Part shown: in pieces, positions 39,047-52,328 of the stretch
How positions within the stretch are numbered: position 1 is the stretch's first letter
Layout: each line of letters starts with the position of its first letter
Source of the DNA: Octopus vulgaris
Lineage: Eukaryota
NCBI GenBank assembly: GCA_951406725.2
Contig: OX597823.1
Location: 67,456,001-67,520,000 of the forward strand
Length of the DNA: 64,000 nucleotides
Direction: 5' to 3'
Program-made: the position numbers and the translations under genes
The notes under the pieces: model-generated
The model's database searches: none
Seen by the model: only the letters and a program-made list of their open reading frames with translations
What the model was told of the DNA's origin: nothing

Positions 39047-41271
39047 CGATCTTGAAATACGGCAATATTTGAGAGAAAAAATTTTTTTAACAAATTTTTT
39101 CTACTTTTCTTTGCTCTTGTAAGTTTTAAGTCATTCATCCTTTAGCATTTGAACTGGCCATATCCAGTCAGAATATTCTTCCTGTTTCACATTCAAACTG
39201 GCCAACTCCAGCCTCTCATACCTACCTTAAAATGTTAGTCTAAAAAATATACAATCACATCATCAAAATTTAATGCTAAAGAGTTAATGCTCATAATATA
39301 AAAACCTTTTTTCTTTTTTTAAAAAAAAATTTTGATAAATAAGTCTGAAGGTGATGAAAAAACAATTCCATGTTAAAACTAAAAAAGTCTCAGGTATTAA
39401 TAATCGATTTTGTACAGGATCATATCCTATATATGCTTCATATTACCTGCCTTTTATACAGACAGCAAAAACTTTTGCTGTCAGCTACAAGATTACAAAG
39501 CTACTCATTGCTTATTTATTTATTCATTAATTTATTTGTAATGGCTTAATCAGGACAGAAAGAGCCGTGTCTATGACCTTTTAGAGCAGTCATGGGCAAA
39601 CTACAACCTTTAGGACTTTCTGAATGGCACACCAATGAAAAATTACCTTGTTTCAGTAGTGCAGACTGACTGATAATGGAGAGGTACATGGTTTAGTTTA
39701 TAAATGATTGGGATGCTTGGAGAGTGTTTGTGGATGGATGAGTGAATTTGATGTTGCTCAAATGGGTACGGAACCAGCATGATGTGACAGGGGTAAACCA
39801 GCATATGCTGTAAGGCCCCGCTGCTGATATTGGGAGTTGTGTTCTATGCATTGATCCAAGCATAGGATGGGGCTCGCCTCTCTGAGCTGGGAAATGAATG
39901 AAATGTCTGGTGTGTGTCTTATTGTGGCTAGCACCTCCTAAAAAAATTGGGGAATAGGCATGAGTATATGTATGTATGTATGTATGTTTACCTGCCTGAT
40001 AATGAGCCATGTCTTATGCAGCCCACCTCTCAAAAAAGTGATTTAGAATGCCTGCTTTAGAGGGTCACTGAGATTGATAATAAAATGTTATCCTCAGACT
40101 GGAGACCCCATCTGCCACAAAGAGGACTCTGTTAAAGGCACCAATGGTAGTTTTAAACCAGGCAACAAAATAAGTTTAATATCCAAGAATAGGTGTGTTT
40201 CATCTAAGAGGTTTCAACATAGTTTCAATCTACAAATTTGAAATGCAAGGAATTATTCTACCCAAGGCTTTCATAAAAGACATATACCCAAAGTGATATG
40301 CAGTGGAATCAAATGTAAAAACCACAGACCTGTAACAAGCTGAAAATGAAACTGAACCAGGGACTGTGTTGCCATAAGTCAGACTTCTTAATGACACAAC
40401 CATGCCAGAATCTGTGTTTTAACAATCTAGCCATACCTGCATCCATCTTATCAATTCTCTTCCAGAATTCACATAATATCTATATAACCACATTTACATG
40501 CCATGTACATAACTACATCTAAATGATATCTATGTATTGATATCTACATAACCAGATCAATATCACCCTTTCTCCATACATACCTCAGGACCAAAATGTG
40601 AAATGTGTTCATTATTATTTATGAGAAAAAAGCTTAAAATTATTATAAAACACAACAAAATATTTTTATGGCTCCATTTTATTAACAAATCATTTATTAC
40701 TCTATACTTGAAGAATATAAAATTTACTTAAGTTTACATAAAGTTTTGTTTTTGTAATACTTTTATATTTAATTTTTATCTTGTCAACACATCTCTTTAA
40801 TTCTTACAGATTTTTTTTTCTTTTCATCATAAAACACAATATCAGGTTTTTATATCAAACCATCAAACAATATTATTGATGTAGCAAGGAAACAAGCATC
40901 ATAAAAACAAAAAGGACATAAAAATTTTAAATATAAAATTCATTGGAAAATAAATTTAGTGTCGATATAAAACCATTTTAGCCTTTTTGATACATACACA
41001 AGGGGGGTATCTTAAACACATCTACAAATACAAGCCAGTATGTTTGTGTGTATTTGAGGAGCTGTTGCTAATGTAATAGCATAATCTTATCATCGGTTAT
41101 TTTTAGAAAGTTGCTCATATGCATTCTGCATCTACAAAAGTAATGCACTACCCGTTCATAGGAACAAATGCAGTGGTCACTAGCTGAAGACCACAAGGTG
41201 GTAAATATGTGCAATGGATACAACAGATGGTTAATATACTATAGATACTGAAGACTAGTTGAGTCAATATA

Positions 41272-42294
41272 TTGGGTCATCCCATAAATAATGCAGTTTT
41301 TTTTATACTTCTTTTATTTTTCAAAATTAAGATATGTTCTCTGAATGGACATACAAATGAACACCTCAAAAATTTGAAACTTTAATATCTCCAATTTTGT
41401 GTGAACATTTTGTCTTCCATTCTACCCTGACTAACAGAATATGTAAACATGCCTTTTAATCTAAAATATACTCTCCTTCATTTCCTACAATGTTCTTCCA
41501 TCTATCTGATAGACTTGCAGGGCCCCTCTTCCAAAATTCACTTGTCCATGATGAGAAATTTTCCACCAATACTGTTCTGACCTCATCTACAGAATTCATA
41601 TTTTTTCAGTCCAAATGATTTTGAAGACTGCAGAATAAATGATAATCAGATGGAGCAATGTCCAGAAAACATGGTGGGTGGGGCATTGTTTCCCATTCAA
41701 ACTGCTCCAGCCTTTGGAATGTCATCCTCACTGTATGTGGCCAAGCATTATCCTGATGGAAGAATACTTTTCATCTTGAAACCCATTTGCTGACTTTTCC
41801 AATGGCACACAGGTGTCAATGAATGGTTGAATGACCAAATCCAAGCTGTTATGCTAGTTCCTCAACAGTTATGATTGGGTTTTGTTCCACCAGGGTTTGC
41901 AGGATGTCCTCTACAGATCTTCCTGGACAAGGATCATCTTGTAAGCTGTAGTTTCCAACTAAGAATTTCTGGAACCACTATTGGCACTGGATTATGCTTA
42001 TTGTCTGATCTCCATATACTGCATTAATATTCCTCACACTTTCCATTTTGTTGTTGCCTTTATTGAACTCATAAATAAAAATATGCCAAATATGCTCCTT
42101 TGTCTCTTCCATTATTGCTTTGAAAAATTAACTGTTAAAATCAAACTGCATTCTTCAAAACTTGCACTAAGAATAAGGCCAAGGTAAAATTACTACCTCT
42201 TTTATAGCAAGTTGATGCAGGTAGTTTATCCTGTCACCCTCTGACTTTTAGTTCAGGCAATTGAAAAAACCGCATTATTTATGGGATGACCCAA
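41272..42294 (-). mobile_element. Internally deleted mariner transposon with transposase pseudogene
   Basis: TIRs TTGGGTCATCCCATAAATAATGC at both ends with TA TSD; minus strand FFHQDNAWPH..MPHPPCFLDIAPSDYHLF (mariner DNA.PH and YSPDLAPSD motifs) plus N-terminal WFQKF..LQDDPCPGR. Confidence 0.92.
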
Positions 42295-42442
42295 TACAAA
42301 TAAACTAATGTATCAGAGAACACCACAGTTCTTATTCTGCTCCAACCAATATTTTGCATTTGTGACCAAGACATATAAGCCACAAGAATTCTGCCAATTT
42401 ACTTATATAAAACACCAATTATCATGACAGAGATATCACACT

Positions 42443-42483
<41 letters not shown>

Positions 42484-42484
42484 T

Positions 42485-42780
42485 AAGGGTAATGACCCTC
42501 TTCGGCCAAGTCCAGGCAAGGTTGTTTATAGAAGACCAGCAGTTTCCTATGCATACCAGCCTCCTCTCTCCACACCATCAATGTTATACCAAGGTAAAGG
42601 TGAAGGCCAACACAGCTTGGCACCAGTGACATCACAACTCATTTCTACAGCTGAGTGAACTGGAGCAACATGAAATAATGTGTCTTACTCGATAACATAA
42701 CATACAGCCCAGTCTAGAAATCGAACTCACTACCTCATGATTATGAGTTCGATGCTCTAACCATTGTTCTATGTGCCTTC
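42485..42780 (-). mobile_element. Family D SINE
   Basis: Reverse complement of the 17375-17712 family. Confidence 0.8.
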
Positions 42781-42804
42781 AATATATATATGTAGATTAA
42801 AACC

Positions 42805-43245
42805 AAGTACATTAAACCCAATTTATATCATAGATCTGACTCAGGGGTGGGTTGCTGGAATGGCGTAGGTATAAAAAGTAAACGCAAATGGCATTTAAAA
42901 TTTACAATAGCTGTTTTAGTAGAATTTTATTTATTTAATGCAATCATAAAAATTACATCATTGTATACAATCCACCATCATCAAGTCAAATTTAAACAGA
43001 TAAGACTTTAAACATCAACTAAGACATAGGCAACATTAGCTAGACAAGTTCAGCTATTGTGTAAAAGTTTACCTGTTTAAAATTTTACCTGATGATGGTG
43101 GATTGTATAGAATGATATAATCTTCTGTGACTGCATTAAATAAATAAAATTCTACCAATTCTGTTGTAAATTTTAATCACCATTTGTGTTTATCTTTATA
43201 CCTATGCCAGTCAGATCTGTGGTTTAAAGTGGATTTGGTACTTTC
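42805..43245. repeat. Diverged fold-back repeat, ~190-210-bp arms
   Basis: GTAGAATTTTATTTATTTAATGCA..TATACAATCCACCATCATCA (left) mirrored by TGATGATGGTGGATTGTATA..TGCATTAAATAAATAAAATTCTAC (right). Confidence 0.85.
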
Positions 43246-43782
43246 ATACCTATAGTATCCTGCTAACAGTTGATGTCTTCAATGTTGTTTATTTAACTGA
43301 GCTCTATGTTATCGTACCTAGCCATTTCTGGCATCCTACAGTTAATGTGACTTGATTCTTATAAATTTTCATAACAAAATTATATACATATATAGTTGTG
43401 TCTGCGTGTGTGTGTGTACCACTTAAAATTGCAGGTCTTGCGTCAACACTCAAAACAATTTGAGTGTGCATATATTGGTCTCACATTTTGGCCACAAGGC
43501 CAGCAATTTCAGAGGTGGTGGTGTAAGTCAATTACATTGACCCTAGTGTCCAGCTGGTACTTATTTTAGTGACCTCAGAAGGATGAAAGCCAAACTCGAC
43601 TTTGAACTCAGAATGTAAAGACAGACAAAATGCTTAGTGGTATTTTGTCCAGCTGCTAAAAATTCTGCTGGATGTGACAGCGGCTGGACACAGCCGTGTT
43701 CTTTGCTGCTTTGACCTGTCAGCAGCTGAAGACACAGAAACACTAATACAACCCAGCAGGACAACTGAAAAAAATTACTCTG

Positions 43783-44915
43783 AAAGACTGGGATATATAC
43801 AGTTTTCTGTGAGTATTATGAATTTCCCTCAAAATAAGTTGAGGAACTTACATATCTACAGCTTTTGAACACATAAACAATCAGTTTTAAAACCTTTAAT
43901 ATCTACACCTTCTGTGAATACCTATTATTTTTTCCCCCCAGTGAATATTCGAAAATGTAAACATCCTCTTTATTTCTCTGTTCCAACAGACAAAAGATCA
44001 TCTCCAGTAAATTTGAAAAACTTCATATTTACAATTTTCTGTGAAAAAATTTTAACTTCCTTTTCTTTCTGTTCCTGTTTCCCTGAATATTCAAAAATGT
44101 AAACATCCTTTTTATTGTAGAAAAAAAAAACACCACAGTTTTCCCTGAACGGACATACAAATGAACACCTCAAAAAATTTAGAAACTTTAATATCTCCAA
44201 TTTTGTGTGAACATTTTGTCTTCCGTTCTTCCCTGACTAACAGAATATGTAAATATGCCTTTTATTGTAACAACACAATGAAATGCATGATAAAAAAATT
44301 AAGGAAGTAAGCTCCTGCCAATATATACATACTGCACAACTACAAAAACTGTAAACCACAGCAAAACTTTTAAAAAGAAAAGAAAAATTCCAAAAGAAAA
44401 AGAAATTAAAAAATCCAACAAGGTGAACATCTCTTCCTCCTACTATCCCCAGAGACTGGAATATCTACAATTTCCTGTGAATATTTTAAAGCTCCTTCAA
44501 AATAAAATAAGTTAGGAAACTTACAGACCTACAGCTTTCGAATACAGAAACAATCAGCTTTAAAAAAAAAAATTAACTTTAATATCTACAACTACTGTAT
44601 GAATACTTATCCTTCCCTCCCTTCCTGACTCTTCGAAAATGTAAACATCATCCTTCTTTTTATTCTAAGAACACGACCATTTCTCTGTGCGGTCATACAA
44701 AAGACCATATTTAGTAAATCTTAAAACTTTACAATCTACAACTTGTTTTCTTTTCTTTTTTACTCTCTCTGAGTATTCAAAAATGTAAACATCCTTTTCA
44801 TTGCAAAAGTCCTACTGTATTCTCCAAGTGGTCAGAAAAACGAACATCTCAAGAAAACTTTAAAACTTCAATATATTACCTAAATACGTAAACACACCTT
44901 TTATTGCAACAACAC
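43783..44915 (+). repeat. Old higher-order tandem repeat (~120-145-bp subunits within a ~670-bp duplication)
   Basis: 43783-44275 resembles 44452-44915; recurring AAACTTTAATATCTACA..TGAA..AAAATGTAAACATCCT. Confidence 0.75.
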
Positions 44916-45659
44916 AACTGAATTCAGAAATTCAAAAATTCAATAACATGAATATAAGTATACATGTGTATGTGTGTATGTGTGTGTGTGTGTGTATTAT
45001 TGTTCTTTTCTACCAGTAATTACAAATAGAACAGGTTGAATTGCTTCTTTTCAAAACAGCACTCTCAGTAGCCACTGGTAAAATAGTAAACACATTTGAC
45101 CTCTGCTGACCCAAAGGGTGCAAAGATTCTTTTGTATGACTGACCTTGCCAGCATCTGCCAAATCTATCTATAGACCTGTAGAATATGATCTATTCACCA
45201 ACCTGCTAACGATTTCCTCCAACAACCACATATGTATGATCTCAAGTACAAGACAAAAGTTGGAAATAAAGAACATTTAGTAAAATCTTTTAATAATAAA
45301 TGGAATTAGTAATAATGTTAATAACAATGGTAGTGGTTATGATGGTGATAATGATAAAAATAAAAATAATAATAATATGCAGCAGCTCCTAATACTAAAT
45401 ACTACTAATACTACAATAATACTACAACTACTACTATTATGATAGCACAGGACCCTGAGGCCCAACTACCACCCTTACCACTAACCTACCCTGCTACTGC
45501 TGCTGTTGCTGCAACCACTACAGCTAATACACATAAAAACAATAATATCAGCGATATCAGTGATGATGATGATGATAATAATAATAATAATAATAACAAT
45601 AATAATAACAATAATAACAACAACAACAACAACAACAATAATAATAATAGTAATAAATA

Positions 45660-46052
45660 ATGCTAATAGAAATTGAAAAAATGTGGCATCTCAATGCGAC
45701 TACAGTACCAGTGATTGTAGGATCTCTAGGAATGATAAAAAGAGGTACTGAAACCTATTTGAAAATGATTCCAGGCTTACCATCCCTACAGAAAGTGCAA
45801 AAAATCGTATTAACTGGAACGGCTCATGTACTGAGAAGAGCATTATCGCTGTGAAAACAACATCCATCCATGAATTTATTTATTTATTACTTTTTAAATA
45901 CATATTTTATCTGTGAATTTGAGTGTGTAATCTGGGAATGCATACAATGAGCTTCTCTGCCCTAGGTGTATGGAAAACACTCGGCGAGAAACGGAAGAAA
46001 ATTTGAAGAAAGAAGGAAAAAACATAATAGTAATAATAATAATAAAATAATA
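45660..46052 (+). mobile_element. 5'-truncated R4/Dong-type non-LTR retrotransposon 3' end in an (AAT)n tract
   Basis: IEIEKMWHLNATTVPVIVGSLGMIKRG..LQKVQKIVLTGTAHVLRRAL matches the RLE C-terminus of R4/Dong; (AAT)n on both sides. Confidence 0.85.
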
Positions 46053-46806
46053 ATGAAAGGAAATGGGTGGGGCTTCTTTATGGGCAGATTAATGATACAT
46101 CTAGTGATGGTGTCACAATAAAAACACTCGTAACTGCGCAACCTGATAATCACTACCTCATATGGGTAGTTGTTGTGAAGAAAAAGGAACATAATGGAAG
46201 TGACAAATGAAGAGATCCTTTTTGGAAAAGAAGAATCCAAGCAGGTTAGACATGCTCCCAAAGGAAATCTGTTTTAGACCAAAAAGAGAAAGGGGAGCTT
46301 AAAAGTGAACAAAAATACAGGGCGCTGAAAAAGAAGTATAATATTGAAAGAAAGGGCCAGAAAATAGTAACGGAGGAACTGAAACAGCATTTCATTGCAA
46401 AGAAAGCAAAGATGGTACGGTACAACCAAAGAATGAAGGTTACCAACAGAATAGGTTATTCAGAGTAGATTGGAAGAGATTCTATAAAGAAATAAATGGA
46501 GAGTGTACAGATGAAAAGTTGATACCAGATAACATTGAAAGTCAAAGGTTTTGGTGTGACCAATAATTGTCAGAGCCCTGGAAACAGTGAGCAAAAATCT
46601 CAAGAAGCACATGGAACAAATAGGGGCTGCAATAAGGGCGAAGCAGTTGCAGAAAAAAGCAGTGCTTGGAACTGCTCGAATACTCTGGAAGGAGCTCAAT
46701 AAATAAGTGGTGTTACTTTAGTTCACTGGTAGTGAACAGATGACACTGTAGTATATCTCCAGTGTTAGAAGCTGTACAAAGGCAATAATAATAATAATAA
46801 TAATAA
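46053..46806 (+). mobile_element. Internally deleted R4/Dong-type element
   Basis: EELKQHFIAKKAKMVRYNQR..YQQNRLFRVDWKRFYKEIN..ESQRFW fused directly to PIIVRALETVSKNLKKH..LQKKAVLGTARIL; (AAT)n tail. Confidence 0.8.
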
Positions 46807-46809
46807 ATT

Positions 46810-47300
46810 CCCTGATACAATACAAAGCACTGGATCTTATGGCTTCAGATCTTAACTGATTGGAACACTGAACACCACAGATTTGCTTGTCAGTTGTTTG
46901 ATCTTAACCAGTTGAGCATGTCTCTTAATAGCTGACAATATGTACGTCTCTAATCACAAGCAGTAGTGGAGGAGCATGATAGCCATGTTTGGGGTTTGAA
47001 TAATTCACCTCTGTAAATATGAGTGTTTCATTCAACATCCTTAAACAACCCTTGTTCTGGGACCTTTTGAGCAGGATGTGCTATTCGATCTGAAGAAAGT
47101 TCTAACTGGAACCCACCTGCAAGGTTATGCACCGTTTATCTTGATTTGAAATCACCATGCTGCACACATATGGTTGTGAGAGATATGCCTGGTGTATCCT
47201 TATAAGACGAATAGTCATGATGTGCATATTGAACTTCATATATTTGTATCTTAGTGTCATTTTGATGGCATGCACTGCTCTCTCACTCAATAATAATAAT
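46810..47300 (+). mobile_element. (AAT)n-tailed non-coding retroposon
   Basis: Ends GCACTGCTCTCTCACTCAATAATAATAAT; abuts the preceding R4/Dong tail. Confidence 0.55.
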
Positions 47301-47697
47301 GTAAGCCCCTTCTGTACTAGACTAGATGCAGTGTAAGTGGAGAGAGATTAAAATTTAAAATATTAAATTAAAATTCTTAGCTAACTTGGGAAAATTGAAC
47401 TCCCGTAATTATAATTCAGAGTTTGCTAATCAAATATATACATGGTGAAGTCGTGCAAATTTAACTCAGAGAATTTTACCAATCAAATTTAGAGACACAC
47501 AGACAAAAATGAGGTATGTATGTGGAGGTGAGGGTAGGGATGAATATAAGTAATTGAGGACATTTTAAGTCATGTTTTTGAATGTATAAGATACTTAGAG
47601 TTTAAATCTATGCACAATGTTTAACTCTTACAAACTGCCATCATCATATGGTTTCAGATTAAAGATTAGTGTTTATCAAATGCAACAAGACGTATAT

Positions 47698-47746
<49 letters not shown>

Positions 47747-47942
47747 GTATATATATATATATATGTATGTATGTATATATATATATACACACACATATGT
47801 AGTGTGTGTACATGTATATAGAATTCAAATTATATGCTTACATATATATAAATGTATATACATATATACACACACACACGTAAATATATGAAAGAGAGGG
47901 GTAAATTTATGTGTATATATGTATATAGAATTCACATCATAT

Positions 47943-47993
<51 letters not shown>

Positions 47994-48549
47994 GCCTCCT
48001 GATGTTATTCAAATGAATATTACTACTACTACAAAGTTCTTTGCACATTATATATGTGTGTGTGTATATTACATGTTATTCACATAAGTATTATCATCAT
48101 CACCATTATGTCTTCACTTTATGTCTACATTTCATACTGGCATGGGTTGGACAGGTCACCACAGTCAAAATCGGATGGGCTTTGAGCCTCATCTCACTCG
48201 CATTTCACTTTTGGCTTGGCTCCTATGGCTGGTTGCTCTTCCTAACACCAACAACTTACCTCCCTTACATGTAATCTTTGTACTCAACGACTAGTAGACC
48301 TGACACCTTTCAGTAATCAGTGTGCATTCAAAGCAATGATTAGTAATTTTATGAAACTGGTATGCTTTTGAATCTCTTTAACATTTCACAATAATGACTT
48401 TTATTACTTTTATTACTACCTCAGTTCATCTAATTGTATATATCTATCGTTACTTTTCATAAAAAGCCTTTATTTTTTTTGATTTCCAATGTGCATTTTC
48501 GCTTATTTTTCTTCTTACTTTCCCCCTATATATATATACATATATATAC

Positions 48550-48592
<43 letters not shown>

Positions 48593-48596
48593 TATA

Positions 48597-48822
48597 AGTG
48601 CAGGAGCAACTGTGTGGTAAGTAGCTTGTTTACCAGCCACATGGTTCCGGGTTAAGTCCCATTGTGTGGCACCCTGGGCAAGTGACTTCTACTGTAGCCT
48701 CGGGCTGACCAAAGCCTTGTGAGTGGATTTGGTTGACGGAAACTGAAAGAAGCCCGTCGTATATGTGTGTGCGTGTGTGCATGGCCACAGTCAAAATTAC
48801 TGAAACAAGTAAAAGAATAAAA
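48597..48822 (+). mobile_element. Family C SINE
   Basis: GCAGGAGCAACTGTGTGGTAAGTAGCTTG..CCCTGGGCAAGTGACTTCTACTG..AAACTGAAAGAAGCCCGTCGT. Confidence 0.85.
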
Positions 48823-48837
48823 AATCTCCCTCTCTCT

Positions 48838-48902
<65 letters not shown>

Positions 48903-50369
48903 GTATCTGTGTATATATATGTGTGTGTATATATATACAGAGAAATAGATAAAGACACTGAGATATATATACACGTAAAATACTATACAGCTGTTTAAAA
49001 CCTATTTCAATATGTCTGGTTAACTGTTTCCATAATGAATTGTAAAGATTCTTTTTATTGACATGTTGCAATCTGTTTTCAGTGTCAGGATTAAACATCT
49101 ATCAGTTGTCAACTTCTTTTGCAAACATTCCTCTAAATCCACAAACACACAGCTTAGAGTTATATATAAAATAATCAAACAACATAAACGAAATATATAA
49201 ACAAGAAGCTAGATTGAAATTTTTATATAAAAATAAGTGTTTGCACACACACACACACACACACACGCATGAATAATATATCTGGATATTCTAATTTTGG
49301 AGATAGGAAGGCAGAAATGGTGGTTATTGAAACAGCCTTGAATTTTCCTCATTGTGCTTCTTAAGATAACAATTATTGATGCTTATTTTTTTTTTTCTAA
49401 ATATGATATAATATGCTGTTGTTTCTTTGATTAACCAGATAATACAGTGTCTTTTTGTATTTTTTTCCTAAATATTGTAAAAACATATAGCTAGCTAAGG
49501 AAACATGTTATCAACGAAGCTGCACCATCAAATGAAAGGCCAAGTCAACTATTGTGGTGTGTCAGCATAGAATATAAAAGAAATACAGTTACATGCTATA
49601 GGGTATCAACAACAATGACAATAACTGATAATTAATAATATTGACAATTTGTTTTTCTTGCCTAAGACTTCTCCAGAGATAATGTGTTTCTTAATTGTTT
49701 GTGTGTGAATATTTTTATTTGAAAATTTTCTCCATTAAATTATAATTATTATGTTAGGTAAGTAGATATTGTCATACAGAAAGATGCCTAAGGAAATCTC
49801 TTGAGATTGATTCTAATACTGTAAAGTAGGAAATTGTATAACCAATGCATTTTAGAAAGAACCAACATACTGGATAAACACAAATGTTTCAACAAAAACA
49901 AAAATAGATCGCAGTTTCCATTGGAACATTAAATAGACATTTAGAAGTAAGGAAGGAGAGAGATAGGGTAGGTAGGAAAGTAAGTGTGATTGTATATCTA
50001 TCTATATTAAACTAAAACTCAAAGTTTGTTTTCCTGCTATTTGATTGAGATGATAAACATTACAAATAGAATAGTTGTTTACCCCTTTAAGAAAAAAAAT
50101 CAAGTTAAAAACGGACACTTCAAAGAGTTGTCATCCATCCTTTCCTTTTTTTATTTGTACCTTCTTTTTTCTTCCCTTAATCATTTATACAACTTTTGTG
50201 TGCTATGGACTGAAGGAGAAATTCTCCCTATATTTTTGAGATATATTTTGAATCACAGGTACTTGAAATTACTATTCTATTTAAAATAAAATATTAATCT
50301 TATATCATCTTAATCAAAAGGGAAAAAAACAGAGAGACTATCTCTTTATAGACAAAGATCAGTTGCAAT

Positions 50370-50935
50370 GGAAAAACAAAACACCAAATGGATTGTGCCT
50401 TATAATGAAACTCTTTTAAGAGCATTCAAATGCCACTGCAACATTGTAATTGTTGCCTCACTGAGGTAAATTAAATACATCATCAAATACATGCTGAAAG
50501 GAAAAGACCAAGTTCAAATAAACAAGGATAATGAAATTAGTCAATATCTAATAGGTAGGTTTATTGGACCATCTGAAGCAGCTGCATCCATTTTAGGAAT
50601 TTTAATTCATGAGAGAGCACCTGCAATAGTGAGACTACAAGTTCTTCTACCAGATGAACAAAGAATATTGCTCAGAAATAATGAGAAAATATATGACTCT
50701 CAATGAACAACATTGACAGAGTTCTTTTCAGACTTTGCAAAAACATTACTTTATACTGAAGTACCCATGTATTTCATTTGGAACAGTAGTAACAAAGAAT
50801 GGCAAAGAAGAAAGCGAGGAAAAAAAACTGAAGACCGTTTTCAAAGAAGAAACACTTGGTCGTGTTTATGTTGTCACACCAAAGGCAGGAGAACTGTGTT
50901 ACTTAAGAATTTTATTGCACAAAGCTCGAAATGGT
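50370..50935 (+). mobile_element. Helitron Rep-helicase pseudogene fragment
   Basis: IVPYNETLLRAFKCHCNI..IKYIIKYMLKGKD..NEISQYLIGRFIGPSEAA..IHERAPAIVRLQVLLPDEQ..AKTLLYTEVPMYFIWN..WQRRKRG..LGRVYVVTPKAGELCYLRILL: classic Helitron region after Rep motif III; stops and a frameshift. Confidence 0.92.
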
Positions 50936-51064
50936 AATTTTTCCTGTTCTGTTTTTCAACTTGGAGTGGTTGTGACCCAATGGGTCACAGCAGGTACATT
51001 TAGTAATATACATGTGTATTTGTTCATTCACTTTTATGGCTATTTTTCCTTGCCAGCATGGGTT

Positions 51065-51371
51065 CAGGGTTTCTCAAACGATTTTCATCTATAGACCCCA
51101 TTCGATATTTAAAAACTAATTTTGTGGAAATTCCTTTCAAAATTCTTTTTTTTTTCACATATCAACTTGTGTAGGTTGAACTATGTAAAATGTTGGAGAT
51201 AGAAACCTAGCTGTTACTTGTAATGCATACCAATACATACATCAACAACAATATTTTTTCAGGAGCCCTTAAAATATTATTGTGGGTCCTCAATTTACTA
51301 TTTTGTTATGCAGTCCCACAAAATCTAATATATACCCTCAGGAGCTATATGGACCAGCTTAAAAACCACTG
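51065..51371. mobile_element. hAT-type MITE
   Basis: CAGGGTTTCTCAAAC ... TTAAAAACCACTG ends. Confidence 0.6.
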
Positions 51372-51879
51372 GGTTAGATGAATGAATTACTAAGGCAATG
51401 TTTTACAGCTGGATGTCCTTCCAGGTGCTAATACTTAACAATTTTAAAGTAAGAGATCCCTTAGTTCACATTTCAAAAGCAGAAAGTCAGCAGAAGAATT
51501 GTTGACAGGAGAAAGGACAAGAGTGTTACAGCTTGGAGCTCACAACATTCAGAGAATTATATAAAATACAAGCACAGGTACATTCAACCACATGATGTCT
51601 ACATACATATATATATATATACATGCATTTATACATAAGTATGGGTGTGTGTGTGTGTGTATAAAGTCCGGAGGTGTGAGAAGTGAATTTAGATTTATAA
51701 CCATATGAAAATCATTATGATTTTCATATGGTTACAAATAAACAATTTCGAATGTGGAGCTTACTGTGAAAGTTACATGAATCTATATTTGTGTATGTGT
51801 GTGTGTGTGTGTGTGTAAAATTCACACTTATGAATGTATACTCATATTTATATATACATCCCCTCACTACATCGGTTAT

Positions 51880-52328
51880 ACATATATATATATATACAAC
51901 ATATGTGGGAAATTTTGTCTGTGGGTGTGTTTGTGGAGTTGTTAGCTAACTCCTCCTACATCGTTTTATCGATTTTGATGAAACTTGACATGTCTGGAAA
52001 CCTCGTGGTTTACTCAGATTGTTGAAAAAAATCGATAATAGCGTCCCTGGAAGGGATTCTTATATATATATATATCTAATATATTTCATTTTAACAGTCA
52101 AGGGAAATAACACATTTGCCCAGATTTTAACAGCCAAAGGAAACAACCCACAATTTGGGTATTCATGACTTATTTGGGAATTCCTAAAAGCAAGATCCTG
52201 TATAAGACAGTTTAGTCTTCTCTGCAAATGCACAAAAACCGTTTTAAGGGCTACATACTTTGTATTGTTGCTAATGGATTAGCAAAACAATTATGAGAAC
52301 AGAACGAATTACCGGGTATGTCAGCTAG
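51880..52328 (+). mobile_element. Non-autonomous Helitron (5' end approximate)
   Basis: ATCGATTTTGATGAAACTTG internal motif; ends ACCGGGTATGTCAGCTAG|T. Confidence 0.6.

Noticed and set aside
43950-44800. miR-30-like TGTAAACATCCT matches
   Set aside because: Only the first ~12 nt match, there is no precursor hairpin, they belong to a tandem repeat, and miR-30 is a vertebrate family.
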